64,000 nucleotides of DNA from Eledone cirrhosa. Its lineage: Eukaryota. Location: assembly GCA_964016885.1 (NCBI GenBank), contig OZ024740.1, forward strand, positions 173,972,001-174,036,000, written 5' to 3'. The translations under genes and the position numbers were made by a program. The first letter of the stretch is position 1, and every line of letters begins with the position of its first letter. Under the pieces are notes generated by a model, which was not told where the DNA came from, ran no database searches, and saw nothing but the letters and a program-made list of their open reading frames with translations. Below are positions 54,015-64,000 of this stretch, in pieces.

Positions 54015-54257
54015 TTATATGTTCGTGTGTGTTGGGTACCTATGTACATTCACGTATATATAACTGTATGGTATGTGTGTGTTTATGGAAGGATAGTAAG
54101 TTCAAAATAGGGTTGGTTCCGGCTTGTCGCTTGTTTTGATTTACTTGATTCCATTAGTTGTCTGCACCCTATACTGCAATCATATGACTTGTGGTCTGAC
54201 ATTTGTCTCAGCTCTCCCCTCCGCCTCCTTCTATATACACATGTATGTACGCGTGTG

Positions 54258-54289
<32 letters not shown>

Positions 54290-54432
54290 TGTATGTATGT
54301 ATGTATGTATGTATGTATGTATGTATATGTATGTAAATAAAAGTAATAATATATCTATCTATCTATATATAAATATATATATATATATAGGTATATATAT
54401 GTAAAGTAATATATATATATATATATGTAAAG

Positions 54433-54510
<78 letters not shown>

Positions 54511-54650
54511 ACACACATATATATATAGGCTTATATATATTTGTTTGTGTGTACAAATATATATATATACATATATATACATATATATGCATACATATAT
54601 GCATACATACACGCATTTATTCATACATTCATACATTCATACATATATAT

Positions 54651-54747
<97 letters not shown>

Positions 54748-55057
54748 AGTATACTTCAGTCTGTGCTTTTAGCATTGGTGTTATCATGGGCGTTATAACG
54801 ATGCGACACTGGAGATAGTAATGTATATACACAATGTTGTGATTACTACTGTACTGTTTACGCCTACGCATTTTCATATAGCATCATACATTTTTCGTTT
54901 ATGTTGTATAAATCCTCTCCATATTGATAAGAATAATACACCATCTATTATTAGAACATAAGGTAGACTGCATGGCCACACGTAGTTACCTAGCTTTTAA
55001 TCATCAAATAGAACATTTCATTATAATTCCAATTCCTACCGTTCTTATTGCTTTTTC

Positions 55058-55094
<37 letters not shown>

Positions 55095-55196
55095 GAAATT
55101 GTTTGTTTTTATATTTTTTACACGACTGTATGTAAAATCCCCGGCATGTCTTTGTATTGTCCCCTTTCTTGTTGCGCCCTTGTGGCTAATAAAGAA

Positions 55197-55248
<52 letters not shown>

Positions 55249-55488
55249 GATAAACAGAGGGAAGACAGGAACACCTACAAAACGTGTTCCTGGTGTTGAG
55301 GGTTGTTCTATCCACGGGTGTAAAACAACCCTGCAGTAACGTTCCCCCCTACTGGGGATTTCAATTGTCATTTTATTATATATAGTTTATTGTTATTTAT
55401 TAATGTTAAAGTTATTTTTATGTAAAACCCCCGCCGTCACGTCTTGTAATGTCCCATTTTTGTACGCCCCTGTGGCAAATAAAGAAAT

Positions 55489-55519
<31 letters not shown>

Positions 55520-55618
55520 AAATTCCATCTGTGATAACATTTTACACGTTTTTATTGTATGTAAACTTCCCCCTTTGTATTTGTCCCCTTCTTTTGTGCC
55601 CCTGTGGCTAATAAAGAA

Positions 55619-55620
<2 letters not shown>
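55095..55620 (+). mobile_element. Three short Tx1 3'-end fragments separated by (TATC)n
   Basis: 55095-55198, 55249-55488 and 55519-55620 each end TGTGGC(T/A)AATAAAGAAAT followed by (CTAT)n. Confidence 0.85.
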
Positions 55621-55690
<70 letters not shown>

Positions 55691-55692
<2 letters not shown>

Positions 55693-57424
55693 GACCATCG
55701 TTACCTGGATGCGGTGCTTGAGGCGGCAGGCTTCGGACCCGTGTTCAGGGGCTGGATTGCTGCAATGCACAGCAGCAACATCTGCTCAAGGGTCAAGGTG
55801 AACGGCTACCTCTCGGAGCCGTTCAACATCACGCGATCCATCCGACAGGGATGCCCTCTCTCCTCCCTTCTGTACGTACTGACTCTCGAGCCACTACTGC
55901 GGAAGTTGGAGCTAATGCAGGGCATCCCTTTGGAACCGGGACTGCGGAAAGCGGCGTCGGCCTACGCCGACGACGTGACAGTAATGGTGTCGAGCACCTC
56001 GCAAATCAGGGAGATCGGCACCTTACTGGAGGAATACGAAAGGTTCACAGGAGCGAAGCTGAACCGGGACAAATCCGTCGGTTTGTAACTCGGAGAGGCA
56101 AACCGATGCCTTCCGATGACGTCGTCAGACGCTGGACGGAAGGACCGGTAAAGCTGCTCGGGGTCTGGTTTGGTCCGGACCTCCAGGTGGAGAAGAACTG
56201 GAACGAGGTGACGGCCAAGGTGTTTGCGCTCACCCAGAAGTGGGCCGAGTGCAAACTATCCTTGAAAGGTCGAGCGGAGGTGGTGAACACTTTTATAGCG
56301 TCCGTCATCTACTACCGCTTGACCGTCATGCCTTGTCCAGCGAAAACGCTCACCAAAATGTAGCGCGCGCTCTTTCAATTCCTTTGGAAGAAACGGGCTC
56401 CTTTGGTGAGAACATCCATCTGCTGCCAACACCTTTCAAACGGAGGGCTGGGAATGCCGTGGCTGACGATGTGCAAACACGCGCCCAGCCTGCGGCACCT
56501 CCACGTATTCCTCACCAGACAACCGGTGTGCGCCTCGTTCGTGAGGCGAGCCTTCCCACGAACGTCTCGCTGACTGAGCTGCAGTCCTGGGTCAAGCAAA
56601 GACCGAGGAAAATGGGCGACTGGCACATAGAATGTGCTCAGGCGCTCACAGTCCTCTGGCAAACGGACCCGGTGATCAGTAGAGACTCCACTTCGACATT
56701 CTATAGAGGGTTGGTCCGCGGCAAGTGCGACGCCACGCTCGGAGAAACTCTAGGCGTAGAGGAGGACGAACTGGCCAGTCTGTTCGGTAGGACCTTCCGC
56801 CCGGGACCAATGGACAACTTCCAAAAGTCCCGGGCGTTACCAACCTGTGGGGCTATGTAGAACGACTATTGTCGCGGGTGGGACAAAATCCAGTTGACCA
56901 CCATGTCCATTGTCATGATCAAACCGCCACCCTCCTTCAAAAACGATGGAGAGGCGGTTTTTCTATGTGTTATGGCTATGGTGAAAGAGGTTATATGGTG
57001 GACAAGGTTAAAAGGGCTGAGGTCAGACACCTTTCTCTCCGGCGAGCAACTGATTCTTTTTTTCAAATATCATTTTGGAAGAAGAATCAGGATGGAGAGA
57101 GAGTTGCTGTACCCCAGCAAATTTTATAAAAGGTGGGTGAATGTGACAAAGATGGCCCGAGTGGTTGGGCCTTCTCTCTATATAAGCCTGTAGGTTGAGG
57201 AAAAAGAGGAAGAGAGGAAGGGAGGACTCACTCTTGGTGCTCCTGGAGATGAGGGTTGTACATTTTTTCGGGGTGTGTACAACCCCTGTGTAACGCCTCC
57301 CCCCTATTAGGGATTTCAATTGTTATTTGTTATTTTATTAATAGTTTTATTTTCATATACCTGCATGTAAACTCCCCATTTGTATTTGTCCCCTTCTTTT
57401 GTGCTCCTGTGGCTAATAAAGAAA
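55691..57424 (+). mobile_element. 5'-truncated Tx1 copy with internal deletion
   Basis: Very similar to 51055-52908; stop at ~56361; the segment encoding the CCHC region is deleted at ~56830; (TATC)n flanks. Confidence 0.9.
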
Positions 57425-57556
57425 CATATCTATCTATCTATCAATCTATCTGTGTCTGTCTGTCTGTCTGTCTGTCTATCTGTCCGGCTCTCTCGTTCTC
57501 TCTCTCCCTCTCTTTCCCTTTCTTTCTTTCTTTCCTTCTTTCTTTCTTTCTTTCTT

Positions 57557-57587
<31 letters not shown>

Positions 57588-57626
57588 ATCTATCTATAAT
57601 AATAATACTAATAATAAGGATTATTA

Positions 57627-57873
57627 CTATAGGCACAAGGCCAACAAATTTGGGAAATAATAATAATGGTTTCTGATTTAGGCACAAGGCCATCAATTTT
57701 AGGGGAGGGGAAAGTCGATTCCAGTGTGTTACTGGTACTTTATTTTATCGACCCCGTAAGGATGAAAGGCAAAGTTAACCCCGGCGGGATTTGAATTCAG
57801 AACGGAAAGGGCCGTAATTCTATGCTGCGAAGCATATTGTCTGGTGCTCTGCCGATTCTGTCAATCCACTGCC
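57627..57873 (-). mobile_element. tRNA-derived SINE copy with duplicated 3' tip
   Basis: AGGCACAAGGCC occurs twice (57631, 57680), then the family core and head. Confidence 0.8.
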
Positions 57874-58237
57874 CTTGAACTTAGTTACAAAGACCGTTAT
57901 TTATAACGATTTATTTTCAGTTTCGTTCTAATACGTGGCCGAGTAGTCACTCCCTGTCAGGTGATATACCTATTCAGTGGAGTGAATTGTGTTTGAAAAA
58001 AAAGGGAACGTATATAAAATCCGAATTTAGGTTTAAATTTAATGACGACAGCTGATTAAGATGTTTGAATATTTTGATTTGAGGCTCACTGTCTAATATA
58101 TTCTCTAGGAACATTACAAGAATTGAATTCATCACTGGAAATTAACGAAGCAAAGTCAACAATTGAGAATTTAGGAAATCTGAAATCTTGCAAAAATGAA
58201 CATTTTATATGAGATGGAATTATTATGGTGGTAATAT

Positions 58238-58431
58238 CAGACCTGCCAACCTCAAAAACCCAAACGGGGAGTACCATGAAAAAGGTGCTCTGAAATGGGG
58301 AGAAATGAGGCAACATGGGGAGATTTTACATAATGAAAGGTATACCCATTTTCACTAAAACGGGGAGACGGATAGAAATGAGCCAAAACGGGGAGATCTC
58401 CCAGTCAGACGGGGAGAGTTGACATGCCTGT
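58238..58431. mobile_element. Possible hAT-like MITE
   Basis: Imperfect TIRs CAGACCTGCCAACCTC / GAGAGTTGACATGCCTG and repeated internal ACGGGGAG motifs. Confidence 0.4.
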
Positions 58432-59097
58432 AATAACTCTGGTCATAGATATGCGTATTATATATCATAGATATGCGTATTCAGAACTCATCTCAAGGTA
58501 AACAACACCAATAACGATAAGACCAGCTCTCGTCCTCCTGACTTATGTAGCATTTTGTATTTACAGCTAGGAGTCCAGCATGATATCAACCATTGGGTGT
58601 GAAACTTCGACACTTATGCTGATAGTTCGATAATATACCTATTTAGCCAGCTACAACTCAATATTCCTTTATATAGCTACAATCTATTGCTTTACTCTTT
58701 TTCTATAGGATTCATTATTTTCCACTCCTGCTTTGCCTAATATGTTTGATATGTTCATGTTTATTCAATGGTTTCATCATGACTAAATATTCCTCTTATT
58801 ACAAGCAAGATTATAGTAAATAAAAGTTAAAAAATTTGTTTCCTTATTGAAAACACGAACGAAGCAAAATATATTGTCATATTCACGTAGAATTCTATAG
58901 ATGGCTGAACAACTAGCAAACAACTATATTTCGCTAATTCTAACATTTTAAATATTCACAAATAGAATTATATGTTGCGCAGACAAATACGACATCTTAC
59001 ATACATATAACATAATAGTAGAGGGTGATAATTAGGAAGTTATGCTGTTCGTGTTACACTTAAAAATATTAGTGTCGTCAGTGAAATAAACCTAAAT

Positions 59098-59282
59098 AAT
59101 TGTTTCTACTTTAGGCACAAGGCCAGCAAATACCCAGTGCATTACTGGTACTTTATTTTATCGACCCCGTAAGGATGAAAGGCAAAGTCAACCTCGGCGG
59201 GATTTGAACTCAGATCGTAAAGGGACGTAACTATGCTGGAAAGCATGGCGTCCGACCCTCCACCGATACTGCCAATCCACCG
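59098..59282 (-). mobile_element. tRNA-derived SINE copy
   Basis: Family core and head; AAATAAACCT appears on both sides (59083, 59284), a possible target-site duplication. Confidence 0.85.
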
Positions 59283-59398
59283 AAATAAACCTCAATAATA
59301 ATAATTGAATCGCAGTCGCGTGATCAGTTATACAATATATCAACCGCCACACTACAGCCTTTATCATAAACCCTCAGAGAAAATAACATGTTAGGTCT

Positions 59399-59493
<95 letters not shown>

Positions 59494-59514
59494 ACCGCAC
59501 ACGCACACGCACAC

Positions 59515-60210
59515 ATATCACCGACCACTCCATCACCATACCTCTCCCGCGACATATTCTACATTGCTTCCGCACCCTCTCTCCTGACCGCGTCACTTCT
59601 CGCTTCTTTCCGAACCCACCCATCACCGCCGTTGAGCGCACTCAGAATCTCCGCTACCTCTTTTATGCAGCTCCTTCCCTTCTTCTCCTAGTACTCCACC
59701 CGGCTCTCGTCCTCGCTGTAAGACCAGTCTCTTCATTTCTAACCTCACCATTCTCACAGGCACTAACGGTTGATTCCGTATCCGCCAATCCTTCACCGGC
59801 ACTCCCACTCACGTAGTCTATTCCCTCCGGTGTTCCCTTTGCGGGTCCTTATGCATCGTACAAACAGGTCGCTGTCTGACGGACCGTTTCGCTGAACACT
59901 TGAGGGACATACGACTCAGCATGGATAACCCCGCTGCTCGTTTGTTCCTCAGTCCACTCCTCCCTACATGTCTCAGTTCTTGGTGCCCTGTTACACCACG
60001 GTTCACTGTTTCGCGCATCAGGACTGGGCAGAGTCTGGTTTTCCGCCTTGGGTCCAGTTTCCCTTATGGACTCAACTCCCCTCTCCAATTTCTTTAATCT
60101 TGTACATATACGCTCGCACTTACTTCTATGCCCCTAGCTATTGTTACCCCTACTTCGTCCGCTGTCACGCGTGCGCACATTCACACTGTGTTTCTTCCTA
60201 TGGCTCTATT
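59515..60210 (+). mobile_element. Penelope-like element fragment (RT-EN linker and GIY-YIG endonuclease), degenerate
   Basis: FPNPPITAVERTQNLR (F..PP..A..R..NLR linker), CSLCGSLCIVQTGRCLTDRFAEHLRDI (GIY-YIG core-like) and LVFRLGSSFPYGLN (conserved C-terminus); begins right after a (CA)n tract. Confidence 0.75.
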
Positions 60211-60234
60211 ACGGTCAGAAAACACACTCTACAG

Positions 60235-60400
60235 CTTGTACAGTCCAACAACACGCACTCACCTATACACTTACCCTCACAGCTCTGTAAAGTCCAACAA
60301 CACGCACTCACCTATACACTTACCCTCACAGCTCTGTAAAGTTCAACAATACGCACTCACCTATACACTTACCCTCACATCTCTGTACAGTCCAACAACT
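60235..60400. repeat. 49-bp tandem repeat
   Basis: AGTCCAACAACACGCACTCACCTATACACTTACCCTCACAGCTCTGTAA at 60242, 60291, 60340, partial at 60389. Confidence 0.9.
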
Positions 60401-60629
60401 AACATACACACACCCTCATAAATTTATATACACACACATATCCTCACAGCTTCGTACTTACAACAAAACACACACACATGCACACACGCACGCACACACA
60501 CACTCTTAAACTTACATACACACAGACACATCCTCTTAGCTTCGTACGGACAAATAACAAACACACACACACACATACGCGCGCACGTACACGCTCCATA
60601 TAGAAAACGATTGTTTTTCTTTTCAACTA

Positions 60630-61390
60630 GATTGAACGCGTCTAGGATAACTCCATGCAAACTAGGAACAATAAAACCGCACCAAATACCTACTGTACAA
60701 AAAAGGCAAGTCATCAGTTGACAATAAATGTAGGCTGTGTAAAACAGAGATTGAAGATGTCAACCACATTATTGCCAACTGTGAAAGAATGTCTTCTCGT
60801 TACTACCTCTCCATGATGTATGATGTAATAGCTAGGACAATCTGAAATGCATTAAGGAAATCGAAAATCAAATCAAATTGAGAGGAATATGTTAATACTG
60901 ATGACTCAAAGAAGTACTGGTGGAACCTAAAATTAAAAATTTCCACCAAATTGAAGTACAACCGGCCCGATATTGTTATTTGGGACCTCACATTAAAAGG
61001 TGCTCTATTGCAGAATTCAGCTGCAAGACTTGATGGTAAGAAAACTTGATGGTAAGAAAAATGTAAGAGAAGGAGGATATCTACGGACCAGTGATAAGGC
61101 GTTTGCAGATCCAGTGTCTAAGATACACTTTCAGCTCCATACACGTTATTGGAGCTACAGGTTATATACCAACCCGCCTAGACCAAAGTGTAATCGAGCT
61201 TGGATGCGTTTAGTAAGAACGTATCTCCTTACAAATGGCCGCGATGTCTGAAACCTTCAACATTTATAAAACATTCTAATGATTCAAAGAATGAATGCTT
61301 TCACAAGAGACGACGACAATTTCCTTTCTTTACAACCTTGCCACTGGGAAGGTGGCCGGTTAAAAATAAACTCAAAATTAAGAGAGAGAA
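60630..61390 (+). mobile_element. Degenerate R4/Dong-like subfamily B 3' fragment
   Basis: CRLC, YWWNLK and NRPDI relics; the same 3' end CCTTGCCACTGGGAAGGTGGCCGG...AAATTAAGAGAGAGAA followed by (CATA)n. Confidence 0.8.
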
Positions 61391-62486
61391 CATACATACA
61401 TACATACACACATATACATACATACATACACACACATACATACATACATACATACATACATACATACATACATTTCGTAACATATTTAAACACTCGGTTT
61501 AATACATTGCTTACTCTAATAATTGCAATTGACAGTTGCTTATTTTTACTACAAATATAAAATAGAACTTACAATTCTGCACAGTGATATATTAACTATC
61601 ATTGATAACAAATATATTCTCTTGTTGAAAATAAGTAATTAAATTCTGTGTATCTAAGAGTAATAATATTCAGTTATTCATATGCAGTTCATGAAATTAC
61701 ATGACTAGTTAGATATTGAGATATATATTACATATATTCACATATGTATGGTCAGCACTTCATTATATATTTTAGACAAACATATCCTTAATAAAAATGG
61801 TAGTTGCTCGTTAAGATGTCGGCTTGTTGATAGTAGAATCAACGGATCGTATGATGCTTGTAAGCACAAGAAAGACCTTCAATTCTCAACAGCTCAATCT
61901 ACAGAGCTGCAAATAAATGCCATACAGAGGTATAGTTTATCTATATACATATCAGGAATACTATATTGCAGTATGTTTATGTTGCTTGCAAGTCGAGTTC
62001 ACTCGACTTGAGAAAATAAAGAAAAATTTAATAGAAATATTGGCTAATCAATTACATGTCTGGACACAAGCACGGCTTTCGAAATCATGAGGCTCCATGT
62101 TTGACACTACTGTGTGGTGTTTGGACAAATGTTTTTCTCATTGCCGCAAGACCGAACCAAGCCTTATGGGTGAAAATGGGGAGACACAAACCACTCGAAA
62201 GCACACCAAATTGACTGTATCTGTATTTCAAAGATCTAGCTTTGTCACTTTATAACACCCTGAGTCAGCTTGGGAATAACATTAAAGAGACATGTGTCTG
62301 TGAAGAACTCAGTCACTTCCATATAAATATAGCAAATAAGCTTTTCGAACAAAAGAATGCTCGCAGCCGAACTCAACAGAGGATCAACTATCATAGGAAA
62401 AGGAAGTAGTCTTCAGTGGTATTCAAGTGGCCAACGGTTTCACTAGAGTTATTTGCAATATGTGTTATTATGATTATTACTATTAA

Positions 62487-62690
62487 GGTGGTGGATTGTC
62501 AGTATCGGTAAAGCATCGGACATTACGCTTCACGGCATAGAGGTACGGCCCATTACGTTCTAATTTTTGCCTTTCATCCATATAAGGGGTCGATAAAATA
62601 AAGTACCAGTAACGTACTGGAGTCGATTTAATCGACTCCCCCCCCCCAAAAAAAAAGATTGTTGGCCTTGTGCTTAAATCAGAAACCATT
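62487..62690 (+). mobile_element. tRNA-derived SINE copy (internally deleted)
   Basis: GGTGGTGGATTGTCAGTATCGG head and TTTGCCTTTCATCC...GGTCGATAAAATAAAGTACCAG core. Confidence 0.75.
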
Positions 62691-62899
62691 ATAAATATTA
62701 CTATTCATTATAATTATTACTATTCGCCATCAATCTTGCATTGTGTCAAAATTTATATTTTCCACTTCAAAAAGTTCTTAACTCATCAGACATCATTGGT
62801 CTAAGAAAGACATGTTTCTGATTGTATTAACTACTAAACTATTATTCTTACACACTGTTCTCCTACAGCAAAAACTAGTGACCCTTGACCTTGAAAAGT

Positions 62900-63900
62900 C
62901 CATCGAAAACAGTTACTTTTATTTACATCGACAAAGCCTTCGAATGTATTTAACATAAGAATCTGATAGTTAAGCTGTTGGCAGTGATGTTTTACCCATT
63001 ATTACCCTCTATTAACAACATCCACCAGAACATTCACGTTCCTTCGAATCTGGCCTTATTATATCAGCTTCTCTCTTCTAAGCACTAAAGAACTAAACAC
63101 TGAGTCAGCTACATTTAATTCTCCATACAACCATTCATACTGAGGCACAACATTTCCTGGCATATGCTGTAAGAACAGGTGAGATAATGACCTAATCTAA
63201 TTAAAAATTACTGAACCACAAAGATAGTATATTTAAATAGCAAGTCTTCCACAGCAATACACCTTAACGAGTAGTTAATAGTAGACTAATAAAACAGCAG
63301 AATCCCTGCAAATGTAGGACTTTTCTGTTTCTGAAGCGGGTATGGTGAGGAAGTGCCTTTCATTACCCAACAAAGGCTTAGTTTCTTTATTAGGTCATGA
63401 GAATTCAGCTTCAAAGTATTGCTGACACAAACACACTATATACTAGTTAATGACCATGTATTTGGCACGGTGTATCCATTTTAAAATTGGTTTTGGACAA
63501 AGGTGTTCATGGTCTTTGTAGAAAACTCCAAAACCTGTAAGACAGATGCGGTTATGTCCCTCTCGACGGATACATGAAACACATGAACAGAGAGTAAACT
63601 AGAGAGGAGTGACTAGGCTTTGTAGATAGTGGATAGTGTGGTGCCTGGAAGGTGGAACAATATGAGTGGCAAGAAAAAAGACAGAGAGACCATTGTTGTG
63701 TGGTAAGAAAGGCAAAAAAGGAAACAGATGTCTGTAAGTCAGAGATTAGAGTATATTAGTGAGTGGCTTCATGCTGATCAGTCAGGGTGGCTTTTACTTT
63801 GGATGTGGTATAGAATGTCTGTATTTGTAGCAACAGCACCGTAACATATGTGGGAGCAGTACTCCATTGGCAGCCACCCCTAAAATTTGTAGGAAGTTAG
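62900..63900. mobile_element. Old CR1/Jockey-like LINE relics
   Basis: Plus strand DKAF...KL (~62930-62975); minus strand PMEYCSHIC.GA...IQ (~63800-63880). Heavily decayed. Confidence 0.45.
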
Positions 63901-64000
63901 TAGTTGTTGGGGTGAAATATCTTTTGACTTCGAAGGGGAAGGCCAGTCTTTGTGAAGCAGTTATTGCTATATTGAGGATGTGCGATCATCAGGAGAGAAC

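Overview
Eukaryotic, AT-rich, microsatellite-saturated DNA, most likely an invertebrate. The SINE family and the (TA)n/(TATG)n/(TATC)n load resemble Octopus, but this is an inference. Almost all listed ORFs are microsatellite artefacts. The real content is a set of non-LTR retroelements: a GC-rich degenerate CRE-clade element (6.4-9.2 kb); several R4/Dong-like restriction-endonuclease LINEs and RTE fragments, nearly all embedded in (TATG)n (35.9-42.6 kb, 60.6-61.4 kb); one full-length and five truncated Tx1/L1-clade LINEs, all embedded in (TATC)n in the same orientation (44-57.4 kb); Penelope-like (PLE) remnants; and about 11 copies of a tRNA-derived SINE. The most notable signal is a set of short (TA)n-embedded fold-back palindromes carrying whole, variant or half hammerhead-ribozyme motifs of the minimal PLE type, including one intact type I hammerhead at 114-168. 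Different retroelement clades appear to partition different microsatellites as landing sites. One probable host-gene terminal exon lies at 25360-25523, just after a 4.4-kb (ATC/ACC)-derived minisatellite field.
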